Shown piece by piece: positions 10,311-19,384 of a stretch of DNA of 64,000 nucleotides (position 1 is the first letter of the stretch; every line of letters starts with the position of its first letter). Made by a program: the position numbers and the translations under genes. This stretch comes from Pseudomonadota bacterium (GTDB lineage Archaea > Thermoplasmatota > SW-10-69-26 > JACQPN01 > JAJPHT01): assembly GCA_021325135.1 (NCBI GenBank), contig JAJPHT010000029.1, positions 128,001 to 192,000 of the forward strand, read 5' to 3'. The notes beneath the pieces are model-generated. The model saw only the letters and a program-made list of their open reading frames with translations. It did no database searches and was not told where the DNA came from.

Positions 10311-10942
10311 GCCGCGCCGCCCTTCTCGTCCTGGTCATCCTCGCGCTCGCCGGCTGCGCCGACCTGCGCGGGCCGGGCGCCGACGCCAGGGTGGAGGTCG
10401 CCTCGTGGAGCCTCGTCGGTGGGCACCTCGTGGGCGAGATCGTGGACCGCGGCCCCGACAACGCCCGCGCCCTCCGCGTCGCGGCCGACTTCTACGACGC
10501 CCACGGCGCGCGCCTCGCCTCCGGCCTCGCCCCCGCGTGGCGCCAGGTCCTCCAGGAGAACGAGACGAGCCCCTTCGACCTGCCCGCCCCCGAGGGCGCC
10601 GTGAACGCCACGGTGCGCGCGCTGGGCGAGGCCACCCGAGCCCCCGCCTTCGAGAGGCAGCACCTGGAGCCGCGCGACGTGCGGACGACGCAGGCCGTGG
10701 GCTCGGACACGGTGGCCTTCCAGGGCACGGCCTACAACGCGGGGGACATCACCATCGTCGGCGTCGAGGCGCAGGTCACCTTCCGCGACGAGGCGGGCCG
10801 GGTCGTCGGCGTCGCGCGCGCCACCCCCGACGCCCCCGCGCTGCGCGCCGGCGAAGGCTCCCTCTTCCACGGCAACGCCACGCTGGCCGCGCCCTTCCTG
10901 CGCTACGACGTCGTGGTCGTCACGACGGGCGCGGCCTCCTGA
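10307..10942 (+). CDS. Lipoprotein with two FxLYD-like domains
   Basis: Lipobox LAGC; ADFYDAHG and VTFRDEAG motifs; ATGA overlap with upstream gene. Confidence 0.75.
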   Translation: MSRAALLVLVILALAGCADLRGPGADARVEVASWSLVGGHLVGEIVDRGPDNARALRVAADFYDAHGARLASGLAPAWRQVLQENETSPFDLPAPEGAVNATVRALGEATRAPAFERQHLEPRDVRTTQAVGSDTVAFQGTAYNAGDITIVGVEAQVTFRDEAGRVVGVARATPDAPALRAGEGSLFHGNATLAAPFLRYDVVVVTTGAAS

Positions 10943-11063
10943 AGCGGCCCGGCACGTCGTCCTCGCCTGCCTGTGATCGATCCTGCCCGTCGCGTCCTTG
11001 GCCTCCGCCGGCCCCGGCCCCGACAAGGCCGCTGACGCCGCCCCAACGCCCTCCGGCGGCGCC

Positions 11064-11414
11064 TCAGAGGGCCTTCTCCAGGAGCGCCGCCACTTCCTTC
11101 TCCAGAAGGGAGCCGATCTCCTTGCCCAATTGGTCGCGCAGGTCTGTGGGCATCATCTGGACGCCCAGCTTCGCGCTGGCCTTCACGAACTTCAAGGACG
11201 CATACGCCTCGTTGACCTTCGCCTCGAAGTAGAGCCGCACCGCGTCCTTCAGCTCCTCCTTGAGCTCCGGGTTGCGGTCCAGCTCGTCGCGCATCTTGCG
11301 CTTGATCTCGTCCTTGAGCAGGTCGCGCAGCGCATCGACGATTAGCTCCTCGTTCCCCAGGAGGTCCGTGCCCCCGCGGAGCATCTGGCTGACGAGGTTG
11401 TCCTGGGCGGGCAT
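11064..11414 (-). CDS. Helical hypothetical protein
   Basis: MPAQDNLVSQMLRGG...; strong codon bias, charged amphipathic helices. Confidence 0.75.
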   Translation of the reverse strand: MPAQDNLVSQMLRGGTDLLGNEELIVDALRDLLKDEIKRKMRDELDRNPELKEELKDAVRLYFEAKVNEAYASLKFVKASAKLGVQMMPTDLRDQLGKEIGSLLEKEVAALLEKAL

Positions 11415-11450
11415 GCGGCGGCGACCGCGCGGGGCGGGCTTGAAGGTTCG

Positions 11451-11560
11451 TGCCAGGTGGCGCCAGGTGGGGGCAGGTGCGGCCGGGCGGGAGCAGGTGG
11501 GCACGGGCGTGCACGCCCGGCCCCGCCCGTGCGCACCCGTGCAGACCCGTGCACGCCCCG
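11451..11560. repeat. 10-bp-periodic degenerate repeats in divergent intergenic region
   Basis: tgccaggtgg/cgccaggtgg/gggcaggtgc/ggccgggcgg/gagcaggtgg, then ccccgcccgt/gcgcacccgt/gcagacccgt. Confidence 0.65.
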
Positions 11561-11629
11561 CCCCCACCACGAGCATCATACAGAGGTGTGCGGCAAGGGT
11601 TATATTCCCCAGGAGGAGCCGACCTGCTC

Positions 11630-12085
11630 GTGCCCGAGAACGCCCCGAACCTGCCCGCCGGTCCGACCGAGTCCCCCGGCCAGGCGCTGCGCGCCTGGGG
11701 CCGCTCGCACCCGACGCTCTCCGCGCTGCGGACGCTCCTGCCCAGCTACCCCGCGGAGCGCGAGCCGGGGCTGGCGGCGGGGCTCTACGTGGACCACCTG
11801 CGCACGCCCTGGGTGGCGGTGCGGGGGGAGATCCGCGTGTCGCTGGCGCGCCTCATCGCGGTGACGCCCGAGGGCAAGCACCAGCTCGTGGGGCAGGTGC
11901 AGGTCACGGCCTCCGAGCTTGACCTCGTGGGCAGCATGACCCTTCGTTTCTACCTCCACCAGCCCGCCGGCGTCATCGCCAAGGAGGTCGCGGAGGAGGG
12001 CGAGTGGTGGATGCGCGTGCTTGACGCGCACTACGCGCTGGGCGGAGAGCCCATCGTGTCGGCGCCCTTGGGCGTCAGCGCCTGA
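11630..12085 (+). CDS. Hypothetical protein
   Basis: GTG start with AGGAGG and TTATATT upstream; typical codon usage. Confidence 0.65.
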   Translation: MPENAPNLPAGPTESPGQALRAWGRSHPTLSALRTLLPSYPAEREPGLAAGLYVDHLRTPWVAVRGEIRVSLARLIAVTPEGKHQLVGQVQVTASELDLVGSMTLRFYLHQPAGVIAKEVAEEGEWWMRVLDAHYALGGEPIVSAPLGVSA

Positions 12086-12133
12086 TCCGCCAAAGGTTGA
12101 TGCGCGGGCGTCTCCTGGCCCGCCACGAGCGGC

Positions 12134-12346
12134 ATGGCCGACGTCCAGCTTCCTTCCGGCACGATCCCCCTGGCGCAGTGGGAGCGCATCCAGCAGGCGG
12201 TGCTCAACCGGGGCGACGTGGAGGAGTTCGCCTTCGTCACGCTCTACCCCGAGGTGGGCGAGCCCGGCGAGGTGGAGGAGGAGCTTCGGCGCCTCAAGGA
12301 GTGGCTCCACGACGAGGGGCTGCTGGACATGGCCTTCTGGAAGTGA
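12134..12346 (+). CDS. Small acidic hypothetical protein
   Basis: MADVQLPSGTIPLAQWERIQ...; codon bias. Confidence 0.7.
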   Translation: MADVQLPSGTIPLAQWERIQQAVLNRGDVEEFAFVTLYPEVGEPGEVEEELRRLKEWLHDEGLLDMAFWK

Positions 12347-12350
12347 GCGC

Positions 12351-12902
12351 GTGGACGCGGCAGCCACCCTGGGCGTCGCGCTGGGCGCGGCGGGCCTTCT
12401 CACGAGCGGCTTCTCGCTGGTGTACTTCCGGATGCAGGCGGACGCGGCGCGGCGCCAGGCGGACGAGGCGCGCCGGCAGACGGAGGGCGCGACGCGGCTC
12501 GCGATGATGGAGAGCAACCTCCACATGTACGCGCGCTTCCGCGAGACGCGCAACAACTTCCTGGAGTACCCCAACCTGGAGCGCGAGTGGCGCTCGACGC
12601 ACCCGGCGTTCAACGAGATGTTCGACGCGTGCGGCGGGCTGGACAACTTCATCGCGGTGCGCGACGCCATGGACACCATGCAGGACGTCTACTTCCTGCG
12701 CAAGGACGGCGTCGTGACGGACCACTACTGGCACGTCTGGACGCGGACGTTCTTCCGCTTCTACTCCAAGATGCCCACGTTCCTGCGCGTCTTCGAGTTC
12801 GCGGCGAAGGAGGGGCTTCTGCACCCCGAGTTCGTGGCCTTCTATCGCCCCATCCTTGCGGGCCAGCCGTTGGGCGACCCTTGGAAGAAGGCCGGGGCCT
12901 AG
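12351..12902 (+). CDS. Membrane-anchored helical protein (possibly DUF4760-like)
   Basis: N-terminal TM, coiled segment, aromatic-rich helical domain. Confidence 0.6.
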   Translation: MDAAATLGVALGAAGLLTSGFSLVYFRMQADAARRQADEARRQTEGATRLAMMESNLHMYARFRETRNNFLEYPNLEREWRSTHPAFNEMFDACGGLDNFIAVRDAMDTMQDVYFLRKDGVVTDHYWHVWTRTFFRFYSKMPTFLRVFEFAAKEGLLHPEFVAFYRPILAGQPLGDPWKKAGA

Positions 12903-13324
12903 AGCGGCACGGGCGGAGCCTGCCACCCCGAGGCGTTCCACCACGACCAGTCGCGGCGGCGGCATGCGTCGACGTAGAGGAGCGCCAGCGCGTCGAGCCA
13001 CGAACCGGGGTCGTCGAGCCCCAGGCGCGCGGCGCCTTCGGGGTGCGTCCGCAGGGCGTAGAGCCCTTCGGCCATCTGGCGCTTGAAGCCCTCCTCCTTG
13101 CCGCGCGTGGCATTCTCTAGCGCGGCCGCGACGAGGATCATCCCCTTGAGGTAGGCCGCGGCGTCGGCGTCGCCCGCGGCGCGCAGCGCGTGCCACGCGC
13201 CTTCCCACGCCTCGTGGGCGTGCCAGAAGCGGCGCGCCGCGAACTCGCGCGCGCCTTCTGATAGCATCTCCGGCACGTCCGCGAGGGGGCGCGCCTCCTT
13301 GCGCGGGTCAGGCCCCTTGGGCAT
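12899..13324 (-). CDS. DUF309 family protein
   Basis: FWHAHEAWEGAW...YLKGMILVAAA. Confidence 0.85.
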   Translation of the reverse strand: MPKGPDPRKEARPLADVPEMLSEGAREFAARRFWHAHEAWEGAWHALRAAGDADAAAYLKGMILVAAALENATRGKEEGFKRQMAEGLYALRTHPEGAARLGLDDPGSWLDALALLYVDACRRRDWSWWNASGWQAPPVPL

Positions 13325-14555
13325 CGGCCAGGCTCACCTCCTTGGGGCGCGCGTGGGCCGCGACCGTGACGCCCAGGAGAGCGCCCAGCACCGCAACGGC
13401 GGCGCCCGCGGGGAACATGGCGCCGCCCCAGGCCGCGAGGAGCGGGCCGCCCGCCAGCGCGCCCAAGGCCCAGCCGAGGTTCCACGCCATGCTGGCGAAC
13501 CCCTGCGCGAAGCCGCGGCCGGCGGGGTCGACGCGGCCCATCATCATGACGTTGGCCAGGGGCGAGAGCGTGCTGGCGAAGACGTAGCGCAGCACGAAGG
13601 CCGCCATGAGGAGCGCGACGGGCGCGGGGAGCGCGAAGGGGACGAGGCAGAGGGCGGTGAGCGCCTGCCCCGCGACGAGGAGGGGCGCCGCCTGATATCG
13701 CGCCGCGAGCCGGCCCGCGAGCCAGAAGCCCAGGGCGCCCGCGGCGGTGGCCAGCGCGAGCGCGACGCCCCACTGGTCGGTGGGCGTGGCGAGGCCGTTG
13801 AGGAAATGGACGGCGAAGTAGGGCGTCGTCGCGCCGAAGGAGAAGCCCACGAAGACGTAGAGCGCCGCGACGGGCACGACGGCGGGATCGACGCGGCCGC
13901 GGGCCCCTGCGAGCCTCGCGCGGCTCGTGGGGATGCGCGCCTGCGGAAGGCCCAGGGAGAGAAGGAGCCCCGCCAGCGCCACCGCGGCGAAGAGGACGGC
14001 GTTCCACCGCAGCGCGGTCGCCTCGTCGGGCGCCATCGCGAAGACCTGCGCCGCGGCGAGGGGGCCCAGCGCGCTGGCGAGGACGGAGAGCGCGCCCGTG
14101 ACGCCGTACCCCTTGGCCATGCTGGCGCCGCTGAGGAGGTCCGCCACGTAGGAGTTGAACGGGATGGCGAGGAACGCGAGGCCCGTTCCTGATAGCACGC
14201 TCGCGAGCACGGTCGCGCCGAGGCTGGGCGGCGCGAGGAGCGGCGCGTAGGAGACGGCCAGCAGCGCGAGCCCCACGCGCATGATCCAGCGGCGCGGGAC
14301 GCGGTCCGCCAGCATGCCGGCGGGGACGACGGTGAGCATGGTCGCTCCCGCGCTGGCGGCGAAGGCCCACGCGTCGCGCCCCGCGACGCCCGCCGCGCGC
14401 AGGTTCACGGGCGCGAAGTAGAAGAGCCAGGTGCTTTGCGCGATGACGCCCAGCACGTAGGCCGCCGTCGCGACGCGCAACGCCCGCGCCGTGCCCCCGC
14501 TGCCGCCGCCGCGAAGGCGCGTGATCGCGCTCCCCAGCCACGCGCCCGCGTTCAT
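13308..14555 (-). CDS. MFS transporter
   Basis: About 12 TM; GMLADRVPRR motif A; ATGA overlap with the aldo/keto reductase. Confidence 0.85.
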   Translation of the reverse strand: MNAGAWLGSAITRLRGGGSGGTARALRVATAAYVLGVIAQSTWLFYFAPVNLRAAGVAGRDAWAFAASAGATMLTVVPAGMLADRVPRRWIMRVGLALLAVSYAPLLAPPSLGATVLASVLSGTGLAFLAIPFNSYVADLLSGASMAKGYGVTGALSVLASALGPLAAAQVFAMAPDEATALRWNAVLFAAVALAGLLLSLGLPQARIPTSRARLAGARGRVDPAVVPVAALYVFVGFSFGATTPYFAVHFLNGLATPTDQWGVALALATAAGALGFWLAGRLAARYQAAPLLVAGQALTALCLVPFALPAPVALLMAAFVLRYVFASTLSPLANVMMMGRVDPAGRGFAQGFASMAWNLGWALGALAGGPLLAAWGGAMFPAGAAVAVLGALLGVTVAAHARPKEVSLADAQGA

Positions 14556-15361
14556 CCCGCCAGCAGCTCCGCGATGGCCGCCCGCTCCTTCTCGTCGTAC
14601 CAGCGGCCTTCTGCGCCCACGGCGGCGTTCTCGCGCAGGTGCTCCGGGCTCGACGTGGCGGGGATGACGCTGGAGACGCGCGGGTCGCTGAGGATCCACC
14701 GCAGGCAGACCTGGGCCCAGGTGGTGATATCATCCTCGGCGAAGGGCCGCCACGCCTCCTCCGGGGGCGCCCTGCGCGCGAGGACGCCCGTGCCCAGGGG
14801 CTCCATGACGAGGACGCCCAGGCCCAGCTTGTCCGCCAGGGGGAGGATCTTCTGCTCGACGCTGCGGTCGATGAGGTTGTAGGGCACCTGGATCATGTCG
14901 AGGCGCCCCGAGCGCATGAGCCCCTCCAGCTCGTCGAACGCCGCGGGGTTGTAGTGGGTGGCGCCGATGGCGCGCACCTCGTCGCGCTTCTTGCGCGTCT
15001 CCAGCTCCTTGAGGTGCTCCTGCCAGAGGCGGAGGTTGTGCACCTGGTAGATCTCGACGACGCCGCCGTAGAGGTCCAGCGCGTGGGCGATCTGGCGGCG
15101 CCCCTCCTCGGCGCTGGAGGCCCAGACCTTCGTCGCGACGATGGCCTCCTCGCGGTCGTGGCGCAGGCAGTCGGCCAGCACCTCCTCGGCGCGCCCGTAC
15201 ATGGGGCTGCTGTCGTAGAGCGAGACGCCCAGGTCCAGCGCCTCGCGCACGAGCCGCCGCCTCGCGTTGCGCGCCGCGCCCTCCACGTCGAAGGTCTTCC
15301 ACGTGCCCATGCCCACGACGGGGACGTGGATGCCGCTGCGCCCCAGGGGTCGCTCCTGCAC
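14552..15361 (-). CDS. Aldo/keto reductase
   Basis: VGMGTW, YDSSPMYG, ATKVW, QVPYN, IPATSSPEHLREN. Confidence 0.92.
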   Translation of the reverse strand: MQERPLGRSGIHVPVVGMGTWKTFDVEGAARNARRRLVREALDLGVSLYDSSPMYGRAEEVLADCLRHDREEAIVATKVWASSAEEGRRQIAHALDLYGGVVEIYQVHNLRLWQEHLKELETRKKRDEVRAIGATHYNPAAFDELEGLMRSGRLDMIQVPYNLIDRSVEQKILPLADKLGLGVLVMEPLGTGVLARRAPPEEAWRPFAEDDITTWAQVCLRWILSDPRVSSVIPATSSPEHLRENAAVGAEGRWYDEKERAAIAELLAG

Positions 15362-15505
15362 GCGCGGCTAGGGAAACGCGTCCGCTTGACGGTTTTGCCT
15401 TCGCGGGTCCCTCGGCTTGCGCCCTTGGGCCGCCCGGCGCCCGGGGTTGGCCGTCACGCTTCGGGGGAGGAGAATGGGTTCAGGACGCAATGCATAGAGG
15501 AAGGC

Positions 15506-16081
15506 CTACGTCAGCGCGAAGTCGCGGCCGTGGCCTACGTCGGGGGCCTGGTCGCGCCACCAGAGGGGGCCGCCGCCGCTCCTCGCGTTGGGGTCGGTCG
15601 TCGCGATGGAGAGAAGGCTGCCCGCCATTGTGTTCTTGAGGAGTGTGCACGAGTGAGAAGCGAAGGCCGAGCGCGGGATGTCGACGTGGATCAGATTGCC
15701 ATCGACTGTGACCGGCACATGGGCGTCCCAGAAGCTCATGCCTCCGAACGTGGCCCCTGGAATGGAGCTGACCTGGGCGTGGATATCGAGAAGCTGGGTG
15801 CCACAGGAGAAAGCGACGCCAAACGTCAAGTCCTCGTTGGCCTCGATGCGGTGCGTTCCGTCGGCGACCTGCCAGGTCACCCCCACGGTCGTGTCGTTGG
15901 AACCAAACCATGCCGCCACGAGGTCGATCTCAGGGGCGCCCAGCGTCGTGTCCCCGCGCAACGCCCCGTAGGCCGCATCCAAGAAGGGTGGGCTGTCCAC
16001 GATCTCGGGGTCAGCCTGCGTGCCCGCATGAACGAGAGGCAGGACGAGGAGCAGCGCGAGGACGACGACCGGGAGGCGCAT
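15506..16081 (-). CDS. Secreted hypothetical protein (atypical codon usage)
   Basis: Signal peptide ending VHA; lower GC. Confidence 0.65.
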   Translation of the reverse strand: MRLPVVVLALLLVLPLVHAGTQADPEIVDSPPFLDAAYGALRGDTTLGAPEIDLVAAWFGSNDTTVGVTWQVADGTHRIEANEDLTFGVAFSCGTQLLDIHAQVSSIPGATFGGMSFWDAHVPVTVDGNLIHVDIPRSAFASHSCTLLKNTMAGSLLSIATTDPNARSGGGPLWWRDQAPDVGHGRDFALT

Positions 16082-16087
16082 GGGGTT

Positions 16088-16846
16088 TCACTCGCAGAGG
16101 GTCACGACGGTGCGCCCATGCGGGAGGCCGTCAACCACCATGGTGGTCGTCACGGTCAGGGGAAGGCCTTGCGAGTGCGCATAGCGGCAGAGGTCAGACC
16201 AGTCTCCGTAGTTCCAGGTCGTCTTGAGATACGTCACGGACGTGGCGCCCGTCTTGGCCGCGAGCGGCTGAAGCTCGGGCACCGGCAGGAAGGGCGAGTC
16301 GGCGCAACCCTTGGGGAAGGCGTGCGTCTCGCTGGGCACGTCGCCGTAGAAGCCTGCCGCGGGCGTGTAGTCGACCTCCAGCTTGACGTCGTGGCACCCC
16401 GTGAGCGCCACGCGCACGCCGTCGCAGAGGAAGGCCCCGCAGGTGGATTCCTGCACGAGGCAGGGAGATTCGTCGACAGGAACGGTGGAGAAGCACTCGC
16501 CGCCATGGTCAGGCGCGGTCGCCGTCTGGAGTTCAACGTACCCCTCGGATTCGAGTCCAAGGCCGACGGGCTCGTAGCCTGCGCCCGTCGCCTTAAAGAC
16601 AACGCCAGTCGCGGGGTCCAGGAACTCGTCGTCCGGGATGGGCACTGTGCCCGCGCGGCCCGGTTGTGTACCCTCCAGGCAGCGCGTGGGCGTCGCGGAG
16701 GCCGCAGCGTGGGGCGTCACGCTCTGGTCCAGGTAGGACAGGCAAGGCGAATAGACGAGCGCGGCCTGAGCGGGCAACGCGAGGCCACCCAAGGCGGAGA
16801 GAACCAGGAGGGCAGCCACGAACCGAGACAGGATATGGGAAGTCAT
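16088..16846 (-). CDS. Secreted Cys-containing hypothetical protein (atypical codon usage)
   Basis: Signal peptide ending AQA; many Cys; lower GC. Confidence 0.6.
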   Translation of the reverse strand: MTSHILSRFVAALLVLSALGGLALPAQAALVYSPCLSYLDQSVTPHAAASATPTRCLEGTQPGRAGTVPIPDDEFLDPATGVVFKATGAGYEPVGLGLESEGYVELQTATAPDHGGECFSTVPVDESPCLVQESTCGAFLCDGVRVALTGCHDVKLEVDYTPAAGFYGDVPSETHAFPKGCADSPFLPVPELQPLAAKTGATSVTYLKTTWNYGDWSDLCRYAHSQGLPLTVTTTMVVDGLPHGRTVVTLCE

Positions 16847-17014
16847 CAAGGTTTCACCGGTCACTGAAGGGAGGGACAAACGGCCCCCCGCTGACCTAAC
16901 AACGCCCGTGGTGATAACAGTAACGGCATTTCTTGGAGGCTTCGAGTGAAATTCGTGGGGGCAGAAGCGCCCGCAGAGAGGGCCTCCAGGTTTGACGCTC
17001 ACTCACGACGGGAG

Positions 17015-17482
17015 CTATCGTCCGCCCTGCCGCCGCCCCTTCTCGCGGTTCTTCTCGCGGCTCTCCTTCGCACGGGCGTCGCCCAGCACGTCGGTGATCT
17101 TCTGCTGGAGGCTGGGCTCCGCGCGGTCGAAGGCGGTGCGGCGGATGCCGGTGGGGACGCCGCTCTGGTCCATGCCGCGCCACGGAGCGGTCGCGCCGCG
17201 GGCCAGCTCGCCCTGCCGGCGCTCGCGCAGCGCGCGCTCCTCCTCCAGCTTCGCCTTGCGCTCCTCCATGCGGAGCCTGCGCGCGCGCTCGGCCTCGGCC
17301 GCCGCGGGCGTGGCGGGCGCGGGCGGCGGCGCCGGCTTCGGCGCGGGCTTGGGCTTTGGGGGCAGGCTGCTCTTGGGCGGCGCGGGGGGCTTCGCGGGCG
17401 CGGGGTTGCCGCCGCCCACCGCGTAGGCGATGCGCGCCAGGGCGTCGAGGCTCGCCTGCTTCTCCTTCTCGCGCCGGCTCAT
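17015..17482 (-). CDS. Basic Pro/Ala-rich coiled-coil hypothetical protein
   Basis: MSRREKEKQASLDALARIAY...PAPKP repeats. Confidence 0.65.
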   Translation of the reverse strand: MSRREKEKQASLDALARIAYAVGGGNPAPAKPPAPPKSSLPPKPKPAPKPAPPPAPATPAAAEAERARRLRMEERKAKLEEERALRERRQGELARGATAPWRGMDQSGVPTGIRRTAFDRAEPSLQQKITDVLGDARAKESREKNREKGRRQGGR

Positions 17483-17535
17483 GGCCGCCACTCGTTCGCG
17501 ACCGGCTTCAAGCTTCGCGCGCCCTTTTCCCCTCC

Positions 17536-17986
17536 ATGGCCACGCCCGCGAACCTCCCCCGCGTCATCCTGGTGCCGGTCGACTTCTCGCCCGCCTCCGA
17601 GCGCGCCGTCGCCCACGCGGCCCTCGTCGCGAAGGCCAGCGGCGCGCGCGTCGTCCTCCTCCACGCCATCGACCCCGCGCCTCCCCCCCCCCGCCGCGGC
17701 GGGCGCGGTCTACGGCGCCGCCATCGACGTGGCCGCCATCGAGGAGGAGAGCAAGGCGGGCCTCCACCGCCTGGCCCAGGGCCTCAAGGCGCAGGGCATC
17801 TCCTCCGTGGAGTCGATCCGCGTGGGCTCCGTGCCGGGCGAGATCCTCCGCGGCGCGGCCGAGGCGCATGCGGACCTCCTCGTCATGGGCACGCACGGCC
17901 GCACGGGCCTCGCCCGCATGCTCCTGGGCAGCGTCGCCGAGCAGGTCGCGAAGCGCGCCGAGACGCAGGTCGTCCTCGTCCGTTAG
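17536..17986 (+). pseudogene. Universal stress protein (UspA family), +1 frameshift in C10 tract at 17683-17692
   Basis: ILVPVDFSPASERA in one frame; ADLLVMGTHGRTGLARMLLGSVAE in the next; removing one C restores a 149-aa ORF. Confidence 0.8.
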
Positions 17987-18441
17987 CGCGCGAGGTAGGC
18001 GTCCAGCTCGCCCACGACGCCGCGGGCCAGCCGCCGGATGGCGGGCTTGGCGACGGGCCAGACCAGCGCGCGGGCGGCCCAGTGGCGCGGCTCGAAGGCG
18101 CCCTCCACCGTGACGGCCGTCCTCCCTTCAGGCGTCGGCGCCAAACTCCAGCGGCTCGCCGCCGAGGCGAACGGGCCCGCGGCCCCGTCGAGCCGGTACG
18201 CCAGCGAGCGGCCCGGCTCGTACTCGGTGAGCGTCTCCGTCACCTCGCTGCGCCCCAGGAGCGGACGCGGAAGGCGGCAGCGCCGCGACGTGCCGACGCG
18301 CACCTCGGCCGTGTCGCGCTCGCAGTGGGCGACGGAGCGCGTCCAGCGGTGCTCCGTGCCGAAGTCGCCCAGCACCCGCCACACCTCTTCAGGAGACGCG
18401 TCCACGACGCGCGAGGTGGAGAAGCGGAGCGTCACGGGCAT
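17983..18441 (-). CDS. SRPBCC (polyketide cyclase-like) protein
   Basis: VDASPEEVWRVLGDF...ETLTEYEPGRSLAY. Confidence 0.85.
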   Translation of the reverse strand: MPVTLRFSTSRVVDASPEEVWRVLGDFGTEHRWTRSVAHCERDTAEVRVGTSRRCRLPRPLLGRSEVTETLTEYEPGRSLAYRLDGAAGPFASAASRWSLAPTPEGRTAVTVEGAFEPRHWAARALVWPVAKPAIRRLARGVVGELDAYLAR

Positions 18442-18451
18442 CGCCCCGTGC

Positions 18452-18688
18452 TCAGGGGGAGATGTAGATGATGTTGTCCCCGCGGACGATGACCATCTCG
18501 CGCTTGGTGGTGGTCTCCTCGGGGGTGCCCACGTTGTGGACCTCGTCGACGGCCTTGAGCACGAGGTTGAGGTGCGGGTGGTCGTAGCCGTCCAGCGTGC
18601 CCCGGTACTCGCGCTTGCCGCGGAGGTGGACGATGACGCGCTTGTTGAGGCTGGCGTTGAGGACGTCCAGGGGGCGCTTCTTCGACAT
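18452..18688 (-). CDS. lsm: Sm-like archaeal protein (Lsm/SmAP1)
   Basis: RPLDVLNASLNKRVIVHL...GTLDGYDHPHLNLVL...IVRGDNIIYISP. Confidence 0.93.
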   Translation of the reverse strand: MSKKRPLDVLNASLNKRVIVHLRGKREYRGTLDGYDHPHLNLVLKAVDEVHNVGTPEETTTKREMVIVRGDNIIYISP

Positions 18689-18828
18689 GACGCCGCGCAA
18701 GCCCCCGCGCGCTATATGGTCCTTGCGACCGGCGTGGCGCTCCGCGTGCCCCCCGCGCTGCGCGGCCGATGGGGCTATGCGGCGGCGGGCCGCTGAAGCG
18801 GCGCCCCCTCGGGGCAGAGGCTTGCGAC

Positions 18829-19059
18829 ATGAAGACCACCCTCGTCCTGACGGCCGCGCTCGCCCTTGCGGGCACCGGCCTCTTCCTGGCCCCCTCGGCC
18901 AGCGCGTGCACCGACCGCCTCGACTGCCAGGGCCCGCCCGGCTTCGGCCACTGCTACGTCACCTACGAGAACAGCGACGACCTCCTGGCGACGCTGGTGT
19001 CCCCCGCGCCCGACCTCCCCAACGAGCGCGTGCCCAGCGGCTACGAGTGCGTGTGGTGA
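18829..19059 (+). CDS. Small secreted 4-Cys peptide
   Basis: Signal peptide ending ASA; mature CTDRLDCQGPPGFGHC...ERVPSGYECVW. Confidence 0.7.
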   Translation: MKTTLVLTAALALAGTGLFLAPSASACTDRLDCQGPPGFGHCYVTYENSDDLLATLVSPAPDLPNERVPSGYECVW

Positions 19060-19063
19060 CCCC

Positions 19064-19246
19064 GTGCGCGCCCTCCTCCTTGGCCTGATCGTCCTGGGCG
19101 CCTGCTTCGTCGTCGCGCCCGTGGCGGACGCGTGCATCCCGCCCAACTGCCCCGGCTTCGGGGACTGCCACGTCCGCACCACCGACATGGTTCTCCCCAC
19201 GGGGGACCAGGAGCGCGTCCCGACGGGGCTCGACTGCTACTATTGA
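19064..19246 (+). CDS. Small secreted 4-Cys peptide, paralog of upstream gene
   Basis: Signal peptide ending ADA; mature CIPPNCPGFGDC...ERVPTGLDCYY. Confidence 0.7.
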   Translation: MRALLLGLIVLGACFVVAPVADACIPPNCPGFGDCHVRTTDMVLPTGDQERVPTGLDCYY

Positions 19247-19282
19247 TCGAGCGAGCGACGTTGCAGCAAGGCTTCTCGCTTT

Positions 19283-19308
19283 CTTGCTGGGGGCGGAGCC
19301 CCCAGCGA
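19283..19308. repeat. REP-like hairpin
   Basis: CTTGCTGGGGGCGGAGCCCCCAGCGA shares GGGGCGGAGCCCCCAGC with 811-827. Confidence 0.7.
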
Positions 19309-19384
19309 CCTGCAAGCAAAGGGCCCAGCCGAAAAGGCTGAGCGAGCCAAACGCTGAAGCCCCGCGACCGGCCTGCGTCGGCCG

